This document shows, piece after piece, positions 31,234-43,104 of a stretch of DNA of 64,000 nucleotides. Made by a program: the position numbers and the translations under genes. The stretch is from Cyanophora paradoxa CCMP329. Its lineage: Eukaryota; Plantae; Glaucophyta. Location: positions 62,001-126,000 of the forward strand of contig QPMI01000133.1 of assembly GCA_004431415.1 (NCBI GenBank). Reading direction: 5' to 3'. A model generated the notes under the pieces. It saw only the letters and a list, made by a program, of their open reading frames with translations. It ran no database searches and was not told the origin of the DNA. Position 1 is the stretch's first letter. The number at the start of each line of letters is the position of its first letter.

Positions 31234-34200
31234 TTAAGTAGGGGTTCTCCAGCTGGGAATCTCGGGCTGTGCTTCGCCCTCTGGGGGGTTTGCCATGACG
31301 CCCGAGCCCGGCGGGCCCAGCCAGTCGAGCAGCCCCGGGAAATCCAACGCGTCCCGCTCCAGCTGCAGCGCGTCGTAGCCGCCGGCGGCCAGGCGGAAGG
31401 GCTGCGGCTCCACTGCCACGGGCTCGCTCGCCGAGGCCGTCGCCCCTTCGGCCGCGGCCACCGGCGACGTGCCGGCGACGCTGGTCACGGTGGCCGAGCA
31501 GACGAAGGCAATGTCCGGCTCGGCGAGGGCGAAGCTGGCCTCGGCGACGAGCAGCCGCGGCAGAACGTTGGGCCAGTAGCGGGCGGACCTCTGCTGCGGG
31601 GTCGTGCAGTTCACGAGCAGCGGCTCGCCTAGCGGGCTGCTCGATGCGAACAAGTACGGACGGCTCGAGAACACCTGAAACGAGATAAGCGACAAGGTTC
31701 AATAATCGTGAGCTCACGTGAGCACCAAAGTGACGTTTGAAGCTGTCAGCACTGGCTCACTCCTGCCCTTTGGCTGGCAGCTGATGCTGGCAATGGTCGG
31801 AATGTCGGAGCCGCTTATAGTGTTGAAAGCGAAGACAAAGAGGTCGTACTGCCGCGCCCCGCCCACATTTGAAACGCTCGAAGCTACCCGGACGATTGGC
31901 GCCGCCGGAACAATCGCCCGTAAGGATGCCGCTACAGCTGCCCCCGGCATTGACGAATTGAAGGCTGCAGCGCAGATGCGCTCCTGCCAGCGCTCTGTGC
32001 GGTTTACAGAGCCGTACGTGCTCTTAAGCTCTTCGTCCGTAAAAGACCGCGAAATGCGTGCGCATGCAGACTTGGTCAACGCCTCCCGCGAGAGGTCGAT
32101 GATATGCATAGCATATTCGTCGTCTCCTACCACGTAGCGTAGCGCCACGTACATGCCATCGTCGCTGACGGTCGGTTGCGCGGGCAGTTGGGTATTTCCG
32201 TCGACGTACTTTGCGTCGACTGGAATCGTTCGCGCTCTATCAGCAGCGGAGGCGCCGTCCTCGAGGTCCATTATCTGAAGCTCGGAGAGCGACTTCCACA
32301 CCGCGACAAAGCGACCTGCTTCGGAGCTCGGACGTCCAAAAAGAGCAGTCACAACAGATTCGGGCGCACCGTTTCGTGAGAAGCGGGGACTGTATTTGCC
32401 GAACGGGATAAATATATTTGCAGAGTTTAGCGGCTGATCACCCACGCCGCTGTAGTTCATCCGCCAGAGCGATTCGATACTCTCGAATCCGCGCGCTCCA
32501 GTCGAGTCCACGAGCCAGAGCGTCAAGCCATCACTGGCAAGATACGTGTTGCAGTCCGCTATCGATATGCAAATTTGGATTAGTCATGATCATGATATCG
32601 ATTCCCATATATAGCAACTGTGAGGCGGACGGCGCTCACTGTAAGAAGGTCTGCGAATTTTGATATCAGTCGATATTAATGTCGACAAGGAATTTGAATC
32701 AGTTGCAATGTTAATGACGTCATCGCACCCGGCTCTGGCATTTTTTAGCAGTCGATTCTTGCCGCTTCGCATATTCATGTTGTATTTGTAATCTGGTGTG
32801 AACAAATTAAAGCTAATCATTCTGCCGACGATGCTGTAAGACATGAGCAGATGCGCACCAAGGTCATACTCGCCGAATCTCAGGTTAAAAGCAGAAGGTG
32901 CCAAGTCGAGCTGTGGTACTCCTGCAATAAACGTCAGTACTTATATATATTAATGAAAAGCTTGCTTAGTGACGTCGGTCGTGCCTGTCAGCTGTGCCAC
33001 ATGCACGTAGTCACCAGCACTGTTGACCACAAGAATAGCTTGCTTCAAATCAACGATAAGGGTTTCGTTCCAGAATGCCATCTGCCTGCACATGCGGACA
33101 CTTTCGCCGCTCCACTGAGGCACGACCGGCGGCTGCACGCTCCACTCGCTGCCGTCGAACGTCCCGCGGATGATCACGATGCGCTCGCGGCTCTCGGAGA
33201 AGCCCGAGCGACTGCCGCCACGAAGCGACTGTCGAGCATACACGTATTGCGAGCCGCCAAATGTAATATTGATTGGTAGCGCTTTGCCTGGTTCGTGCGG
33301 AGTGGGGCAGAAGACGGTGCCCTCGGGACAGTCGGGCGCATCTCCAATCGCGTAATCAACAAAGTTGGGCACTGCTTCTACCTGCCCAACGTATCCTTCA
33401 TATTGTTTCGAAGTTTTCAGACCCAAAAAGTTGTCCCACGAGAGCCCCTCGTCCAGAATAGTCGAGGTAGCGCTGAAACAAAACGCGAAGGATCCGTCGT
33501 CGCTGAAAGCAGCAGCATGCTGGGAATCTGCTGGCGAATTTGAGTCTAGCTATAGATCTCAAGCTCATGATAAAATGCATAAAGATATTCCCAGCATCTC
33601 ACCGGTGACTGAGGCTCTTATAGGCTGCTTCAAAGTGAAGCGGACTGGAACTTGATGGCCGGCTGTGTTTTCCACCGTAGCATTGGGAAGCCGCTCGTTC
33701 TGCTCCGCCTTGTAGCGCTCCATGTCACGCTTCCAGCGCATCAGCTCGTTAGTCGGAGTAAAGAGATGCTGGAAAGGCAATCGCAGCTCCGGCCATCTCT
33801 CGAACACGGAGAAAGCATCCGAAGCGTTTGGAATTCCCTGCAGAAGAGCAAATAAACGAGCAATAGTTTAACCGATTTTACTAACTCTCACATTCGAATC
33901 CGTCTTATAGATGACGCCAGCAATCGCGGCCCATCCATTTGGCTGAAAAGCGAGCGGCCGGTATGGCTCCGACGGTGAAGGGAACATGTTTGGATCGTAT
34001 TCGGCGAGCTTCGGCAGGGTCCCTTTCTTGGTAACAAAATATTGACCTTTTGTTTCATTGTACTTAATCTCATCGCCGGATATTATATTTGCTTGTATGG
34101 ATAGATAAGGAAGATCATCGGTGTCCAGAGCGAAGGTTCGAAATGCGGAGGTCGCCGAAACCTCCACCGTGAACGTGGTTGCATCGTCAAGCGCCTGCCG

Positions 34201-37200
34201 AAAAGAAGCAGGGGCCGACCAAGGACCCTCGGCGTCCGCTTTCCAATTCCTGAGCAGGAGTAGTGTCACGCTTTGAAGCTATCCGTTTTTGATGTCGAAG
34301 CCGATGCACATCAAATGAATCAACGCGTCTCGAAATTTCGAGATCTTACCAAGCTAGTGTTGGAGTTAATGTCGAGTTCGGAGATCCGGAGCATCCAAGA
34401 GAAGAGCTGGTCGTGGCAAACACGCTGCCGCCCGTTGCATTGAGCACCATCAGCAAACCAGACGGCGCGTGCTCCGCGAAGACTAAGTATGCTTAAGTCA
34501 GAAAGTTTTTCAAGTAGAGAATGTATTCACAGAATGATCAGTGATTCGCGCACAACGAGCCTTGTCGTCAATATTCAGGGACGTAAATGCCGAATCCGTT
34601 TCTCCAGAACTGCCGAGAGAGCATAAGCTTAAGCATAAAGCGACAATGCATGAGCAGTTCATAGATTACGAGTGTCGAAATAAATGCACTTTGATGCAAA
34701 ACCATTCAGGGATGCCTGCTCCAATAGTAGTTTACGCCCCCGGACAATCTAAAATGATTTGTGGGCCAATCGCGGAGCTTCCTTTGTATACGTAAATGAT
34801 TTCAAGTTTTGAGCTTCTGCACCTGCACGGGTTGGAGACGATAGGGGCTTGCTGGCCCGTCGATGTCATAAGTCATGCCCTGCTTGCGGGTCATGATTAA
34901 ACACGCTAATGATTAGTCAATGCATAATGTACATATATGCGCAGCTAACCGTGAGCCGAGCAGGCCAAACGAAGTGACAGAGCTTGTAGGCATTTGTTCC
35001 CAGGAAGGCACCTGTATTGGGCCCCAGCATTTCGACAAAGTCTTTATCTGTTTTGAATTCTTTTTGTTCAAATAGTCCTTCCACCCATGAACCGCGTCCA
35101 GACTGAATCGATGGAAACGTGGCGGAAACCCTATCCAGAAGTGAAACGAACTGCGCAGTTCCGATCGTGAGCTGCTTAAAATTGCGCAATGTGTACATTA
35201 GCACGCCAAATATTTACCTTGGCGTTCTTTACTACAATAGGAGATCCAGAACGCCACGCCTGTACATCAATAGCAAACGATGCCGAATTTCCGGCGGCAT
35301 CAAAAATTCGGAGCGTTTTCTGATCTTCCGACAATTTAAGTTTCCTTATGTCGCTTATGAAAACTTGAAATTCCACCTACGTGGCAGTAATTATAAGCCC
35401 ACTCAAAGTTGATGCAATACTTTCATTGCACCGGAGGCTGTTGTCTCGGAAGAATGGAAAATGAGCCGGTTGGGGGCCGGACATCGTAAATGGTGACCTT
35501 CCCTTGTTGGCCTCCAACAGCGACAAACGGCGTGTCGCCAAGCACTTCAATCTTATCATGCAAGTTTTCGAATCAATGCAATACGCGTTTGAACGATTTA
35601 TGTACACCGTGACAAGAATCCGAACCGCATCTGCACGACGCCTGAGATCTTGTGGCGAGCCGGTGTATGAAACCCCGCAACCCAGCTCTCCAACGACCCT
35701 AATCAGTAATGAGGAGACTGTTTAGCAACAAGTTTCTGTGTTCGAGAAATCGATCAACTGCGGACCAGTACGCATCAAGTATGCTTTTCAATGCAGTAAG
35801 GAAGTATGGATCAAAATTGAACAGAGCCTCATCCAGCGATAAAATTGCAATTAACTCATCGAGCTCAACGCTTGATGGTACGATCACAAGCTCCTGTCGG
35901 ACGCATCTTCGTTGGCCTATCCCTTCATTCGCTCGCTCTGCAAAGCAACCCTTAAACTTAATTGGATATCAGCTGTGTGCAAGAGCGCTGGCATGCGCGG
36001 TATATACGTACCAGCAGTCTGAACTTTTCGGAGAAGCAACGCGCTTGGCAGCTTCCGTATTATCTCAATAAATGTGCCACGAAATGATGCATCAAGTCTC
36101 AAAATTTTAATCAAGACAATGTCTGAGGGCGATTGTAGTTAAATAAAGACGAATTGGAACAGCTGAAAGAGGAATGCTTAAGCGTATCGTTTCCGGACCA
36201 GGATCGCGCGATCTGGTGTTGGACAAAGCAACGGAATCCCGGAAAGCTCGATTGGATGTTTGCGTAAACGTCGAATCAAAGGTCGGCTGCGAGAGGAAGC
36301 CCCAATCTTGAAATACGTTGTGAATGTTTGCTTTGATAGACACTACGGTACTTGTGTCCGGAACATGTCCAGTTGCAGGTTGAGAGATCGATTCGAACTC
36401 GACAGATGCATTGAAGAGAACATCAACTGGCACTGAGGCGCTGACCAAATGGTACGAGAGCTTTTGGAATGCACCCTCTGTCACGCCAACCTCCGACCGC
36501 AGGACTGCAGAGATCGTGCTACAGTCTGGCTCCACATGGAGATCGCTGATGCCGTACGACTTCTTTCCCTTCAAGTCCAAGCGGAGAGGGCTTACGTATA
36601 CGCTTTCCAAAGCAAATACAGGCATCCTTGAGTCTGGGACTGGCTTGTCTAGTTGATATCCAGGGATCTCGAAATAACCTTTGCCTGGCTCATCATTCGC
36701 GAATGTCATTCTAAAGCTCGGTGCGCGCTTCGAATTCAAGCTTGATTGCGAGGGCGAATTCAAAATCGAAGTCAACGTGTCGTTCCTGAGGAAGAAGAAC
36801 AAGCCCTGCGCATGCAGCATCATATGATTAGTAGCCTGCAGCATCATGTATGATCAGTAGCCTGCAGCTGGTGCAAACCTGCCCGCCAACAAGAATGTAC
36901 ATGTATCCTCCGGACTCGCATTTGTTTGAAGCAGTTGCGAACCCAGCGGGGTAAGGGTATGATGCCTTAAATAAAAGGGCAATTTGAGTCGCAATCAGTT
37001 TCATGAAACCAATCATGAATTTAAAGCTGAAGGCCAATACTCCACAAGCACCTCAATTCCGCTTGACAGATGCAGAGGGTGTGCACGATAGGAATTGGGC
37101 CTTGATCGGAATGGTGCGTTCGACACAATCCCTGCCCATTCTGGTTCCATCTCACTCTGTCGTCGGACTCTGTAAGCACACGTGTCGTTTTCTCCGGACT

Positions 37201-40200
37201 CGGAAGGCGCCTGGCAGCGGCGATTGAGCAGCTCGCTTCCGGAAAACTCGTCTTCAGTAAGTGGAAGTAGCCTCCAGCCATGCGGCGAGAATTGGCACAA
37301 ATCGGGGCTGCAGCGGATGCAATTGCAAGAGTGAGTGTGATCCGATATCTTATTTGGTAGTTTTCGAGTTTCGAACTAACCTTGATGGAAGGAGACCTTC
37401 CAATCGTGAAGGGAATATTCTCAAAAATCAACATTTGCGCACCGCAAACATTTGAATGCTTTTACAGGAAGTTGCGCACCAGCAAAAGGCGACTCGGACC
37501 GATCCAGGAATGCCATTCGACCGCTGTGAATGCGAAGCGTAACCGTGGATGCCTTCCTTGGAACATGAGCGAAGTCCGGGTTGTTTGCCATGCAGAAGCT
37601 CGCATCAACGTTGATTGCAGCTGGCAGTGCACGCCACCACTCGTACAAGCGCGTGCTTTCCCAACCTTAAAGCTTACAATCAATATCAATCAACGGAATA
37701 GACTATAGCAAAGATAGGCTAAATGTTTAAAGAACGTGCACGAAAGATAGGCTTAATGTTTCAAAGATATCGAGATACATATACCTTTCCATACCCCCTC
37801 AAGCTTGAAGTTCTGTTCGACCTCGAGCTGCTCGAAGAACCGCGTGATGTTATCTCCAGTGTAGATGCTGTCCGGGTCGCGGTACTTGTGCCGCGTGGTG
37901 GTGTATGAGTAGTGGGGGGACGACGCCGTCAGGAAAGCAACGTAATCGTCACCTGCGCCACGCGTACGGTTTAAACCATCAGGCGTATTGACGCGTGTCG
38001 ACGTCATTGCGATTGTGCAACCAAAAAAAATCAAGCAACCATGTACAAACCGACAAACACATCGTGAATGTCCAATAAATATCCGCCATCCTCCTCTTCA
38101 CGCTTCAGACAACCCCGCTGATGCGGCTTCTGCGCATTTACGTTTTCGATTTATTGTAAGCTATAGTGCAAGATATGATAACACGTATCCTTCGAATTCT
38201 TAGCTCTAGTGCAGAATATAATTTATGTTTCTGGAAAGACCTGCGACGTGTACACGAGCGCGATGCTGGTGACGCGAGGCAAGCACCCAAACCGCACGCT
38301 TTGACAGATCTGCAAAATTAATTCGAACTTCGATAATCGATGTTGCGGCCAACGTCGACTTTGAGCAATATTAAATACTCACGGGGACCTCGAACCCCAA
38401 GCGCCTGTACATGCGTTATGAACGTTGACGCTATCACCACGCGCCTGGTGCCATCATAATCACCTGACGTGGATGATCACATCTCCAAAGTTATCGACTA
38501 GGACGCGCATCGAGCCCAGGTAATGGGCCTGCGCATGCATTAAACAGAGTAATGTTTTAATTGAAGATGAAGAAGGCAAATCGGCATATTTATATAATTA
38601 CCCAGAAACTCGTGCGGTTGGGCCCGCCAATGAGGCGATCCTCGATCACATACGCGAGCTCTCCGCCCTTGTTAACGTTGCGCACATGCGCCATCAGCTT
38701 CAACTGCGACGCATGTCATGATCAGCCCGCGCAAAGAAAACAGTGGTCCAGAGTGGCCATGGCGCCAGTACCTGGAAGGTATCGGCAGGATCGGATATGG
38801 ATGATTCGTCTGTGAACTGCCTGCGAGACCTCGAAGGCTCGACGATGCCCACGGCGGCGAGAACCGAGTACACTCCGTTCGGGGACGTAGACGTAAAGAT
38901 TTGAAAGTCGAAAAACTCGTTGGCGGCTACGAATTCGTCGACGGGTACGGCCTGCAGAATAGGTTGCTCCTGCTTCAGCTCGCGGCGGCGCTTGCGGGCG
39001 GCTGCTGTCGAAGTTGCGCCGCCAGTCGACGTGTACTGATCGGCCGCCTGCTCGTCCAGAATGGCGCGAAGCGCGTTCTCCGCGCTGCTGATCGTCGGCG
39101 AGTTCGAGCTCTGGCTGCTGCCCAGCGCCTCAAGAGCAAACAGGAGCGCGAGCTCGGGGTCTGTGGAGCTGGAGGATACTGCGGAAGAAACACTGCTCGT
39201 TCAAATTCATCCCCCTGATCAGCTCATTTCAGTAATAAAAGCTTTTCGCAACAGGCACCTTAAGCGGTCAAGAGCGATGGCAGCTGCGGCCTCCGCGGCA
39301 CGGCGCTGTTCGTCTGCAACCTGTTAGCGATCGCGATCGGATCCATCAGCTTGCAATAACAAGGCCGACCGGAAATGCATAACTGCGCACTTTTCGCTGC
39401 GCTTCTGTCTCTTTCAAAGCAGCGGAGAGGTTCAGGTTTGCTTGTTGCGCGGCAGAGCGCTGTTCTTCCGCTATCTGTTCATATTCAAGAGCCATTAACA
39501 TGCAGTCGGCAGCATATATATACAAGACGGGCTATTACAATGACGCACTTTGCGCTGCGCTTCTGTCTCATTCAGAGCAACGGAAAGGTTCAGGTTCGCC
39601 TGTTGCACATCCTACGAAGGAAACCGAATTTGAATATATTGTTGGCGACAATGCCCGTGAATCCGATTTTCGTGCCGCACCAGCAGTCTCTGATTCGCCA
39701 AGTTTGCAAATAACGTCGCGTTCTGCGAACACGACATGTCCGGATGCCGCAGTGCCAAGAAGAAACCTCACGCTTTTATATACAAACAACGCACTGCCTC
39801 GTTCTTTCTGGCGAGTTCGGCGTTCTCCATCGCAATCTTGCTCTGCATCTCCGCCTCGCGCTTCTGATTTTCGGCCTCGCGCTTCTGATTTTCAGCCTCC
39901 TTCTTCGAAGCCTCCGATATGACTTGATGTGCGAAATATAAGATTTCGATTTGAGTACAATATCACAATTGCGCAAACGATGCTGCGGCTGACAGCTTAC
40001 CGAGGAACACAACAGCGGCGATGAGAGCTCCGATGATAACTGCTGATTTTAAGACATTCACATCCACATGTTTTCGAACTCAGAGCGGACCGGCAGCGAT
40101 CACCGATCCGACGCCGGCCCTGATCTTTTTTGCCCGAATGGAAGACCGAACGCTGTGATGCACGAGCACCTGCAGTAATTTAAAACTAGTGCTGAAACAT

Positions 40201-43104
40201 TTTAACATTCTTCTAGCGATCTATGGGAAGCCATATATAAATAGTGATTAGTTCAGAGGCTTGCCAGGTGCTCGGGTGTAGGGCGTAGTTGGGAGAGCTT
40301 CTTCTCGGCGTCGTGGCTGCGCGTATACGCCGAGGAGCGCGCGCTTGAGGGCTTGAACTGCGATAGCGATATTGATGCAAGTGAATTCGAACATGCTGTG
40401 GCAATCGAATTCACACCATCTTAGAGATGAAACGAGGAAGCACGCTTGTGCTGGGCGCGAGTGCAGGATCCGTTTTCTTTATCCACTGCGCCTTGAATCA
40501 ATATTGAGCCTTCAAATGTTTCAGTTGTACTCAAATTGGCGCACATCGAGGGCCTCCTGCAAAGCAAAGCCGTGGAGAAGAAAGGCTGCGAAGGAAGGCT
40601 GCTGTCAAACAAACAATGCACGCAGTCCGAGATGTGCAGAGAACTGGACAGACCTGCCGCCTTCTTTCTGTTCTCCTTCGGTACCTGGCTCAACTTGACG
40701 CTGTCAAGCCCTGTCCATCGCACGGCCGGGCTGAACCCGAGCGCTGCATTCGAAGCCGGGAATGAGATCTAGAGCGACTCCGCATCCCCATGCGCTGTTA
40801 TACGATAATAGCCAAGCACCTTCCTTGTACTTGTCCGCACGAAGCGTGAGCTGATGGACATCCCGGCCGCGGGGTCAGAACCGTATGCGAATGTGTGTGC
40901 ATGCATAAATATGCGGCGCTCGAGCTTTGATATCGACGACAGCGTTAGCCATGCGCTCGATTGCAAAATACCTGCGTGTGGAGCCTGGCCGTCTCGGCGT
41001 CAAACTGCATTCGACTCGCTTTCAATTGCAATTGAGAGAAGTGCAGTAACATTAATCCAACAATCGCGAACCGTGATGGCCTCCTCCATCTCCTGGACGG
41101 CCTTCTCGAAGGCGGGGCTCCCCCGCGCCGCGGCGAGCTTCTCGGGGCCGGCGCCGAGGAGGCCGGGGAAGGAGACCTTCTGCCACGTGTTGACGGCCTG
41201 CGCGCGTCTTCAGAAATTTGCGGCTGTAAAGCTTGAGGCAACCAACACAAATTTCAATGCGTACCTCGAGGCACATTTTCTGACGCCTGCAAACAAATAA
41301 AGAGAAGCGGCCGGTAAGACTCAAGATGAAAAACCTCGGCCTGAGGAGGCCGAGGAGCTGACCTGAGGAAGCTGCGCTCGGCGTCGGAGGCGCCGTCGCC
41401 GAGATCCTCGGGCAGGGCGGGGATCTCCTCCAGCTCCAGCACGCTGCCCGCGGCCGCTCTCAGAGGCGCGCGCGGCCCGATCTAGGCGCCGTCGGGGCGG
41501 GGAGCCGCGCACACGACCCGCTTGCTCTGCGCCAGCGCGTACTCGAACTCTGCGCGATCGAATCAGCGGGCGCTCGAGGCTTTTTACATACTTATAAATA
41601 ATTATATCATCGTTCTTCCGCAGACCGTCGAGGCAGTATTGGGACTGGAGCCAGTCCCTCGTGAGGAGGACGAGCATGACGCCGGAGCCCTTGATCGCAG
41701 CGGCGATCGCCTTGCCCCTGAGCGTCGAGCAGCGTTATTTATTTATATGCTGAATGAGTAAGCCCGATGACAACCGGGGATCTAACACAATCTATAGGCC
41801 CCCATGACAGCGCTAGCTTTATAGCCGACAGCGCTGCGGCGCCGCGGCGCGTATACGTACCATTGGACGCCCTTCAAAATTCCGTTCTCGGTGTTAACAT
41901 CGACCTGGCGCGGTCGATCCATCTAAGGAATATTGAACAATTGAAAGTGAACAAGAGCTCGCACCCAGTGGCTGATGCCCTTCTCCTTGAGCAGCTCGCA
42001 GACGATCTGCATCTCGGCGGTCTGCTTGCGGCGGTAGCTCACCATCACGTCGTACGGCTTGATCGGCACGTTCGCGTCTGCGACCGCAGGCCGCAAGCGC
42101 CTTCTCAGCAAGAGCAGCTTATACCGGTTCCGATTGCAAGCGCACCCGGCTCGACCACGGATGTGCCTTGCGGCTGTGCACGCGATCGTGATCAGATGAG
42201 CTCGTGATCATAATTATAAGATTCCGTAAGGGCAATCATGCAGCAAATTAAAGACGCACGCGTATCTCGGATGCGAGTCGCTCGAGAGCCTTCAGGTACT
42301 CGTCCCCCTGCAGCGCTCTGACGCGGATCTCCTGTCGCTGCTGGAGCAGCCCGCCGGCCTCCAGGGCCTCCTTCACGCCGGAGGAGGCGGCGTGGTCCGC
42401 GAGGGAGGGGCCCCCCAGGCTGAGGGTCACGATCTTGCGGCCCAGCCACGCGGCGTGCCGCAGCTCCGCCAGACAGGCCCTGAAGCGCGATTTGAATGCG
42501 AAGTCAACGAGACGTATACTAGTACTGGTGGACAGAACTTAAAAATATGACAACGCACGGGGACGAGAACCATTCTGGCAACGAGGAAGAATTTTGAAGT
42601 CAATCGATATCGATTATGATCAAGACAGCGATCATCGGATCGCGCTCAAGCTCTCGAGTACGCACCCTTGGTGGCGAGGACGACGACGCACTCGCAGCCC
42701 TCGATGGCGGCGGAGAGGCGCTTGCGGTGCTGCAGGTTCGCGATGTCGCCCGCAGCGTCCGCCAGCTCCCGGTCGTACCAGCACTGCGCGCGCGCACGCG
42801 CAAATTCGAATTGATGTTCACAATTTGCTGCGCATGCGCTGCGGCGCGCGGCGCCGGCCAACGCACATACGTCCTTATGCAAACATGAAATGGATAGTAA
42901 TTGATATTGGCATGGGCGGGATTTTTTTGTTTTTGGTGAATTACTGGCCACAGTCTCTAGATCTAGATCTAGACACTGGCATGCATATTGGCGAGATGTG
43001 ACCTTGAGCCCGTATCGCTGGAGCGCCGCTGCAAGACTCGCGACGGACGAGGAGTCTGCCTTTCCACGGGAATGGCTCAAAAATCTGCGCGCAACAGTAG
43101 TCAT
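31234..43104 (-). CDS. Large multi-exon TIR-TIR / helical / TM / coiled-coil / beta-propeller protein (bacterial TIR-WD40-type architecture)
   Basis: Hand-spliced GT-AG exons give TIR1 (FLSHS..LKCWYD..AIEGCECVVVLATKEWFSSPACLAEL) and TIR2 (DVMVSYRR..ISHWVD..ILKGVQWGKAIAAAIKGSGVMLVLLTRDWLQSQYCLDEFEYA), then LLHGFALQEALDW, a TM at 40001-40120, a coiled coil, DPELALLFALEAL, propeller-like exons and IIDLSREALTKSACARISRSFTDEEL. True 5' end and the exon chain in 32.5-38.8 kb not fully resolved. Confidence 0.75.

Noticed and set aside
40400-41500. NB-ARC/NACHT/STAND NTPase between TIRs and TM
   Set aside because: No Walker A/B found and too little coding space, so the protein is not an NLR.
31234-43104. 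TIR gene as bacterial contamination or part of the virus
   Set aside because: It has many frame-consistent spliceosomal introns and is separated from the virus by host genes.
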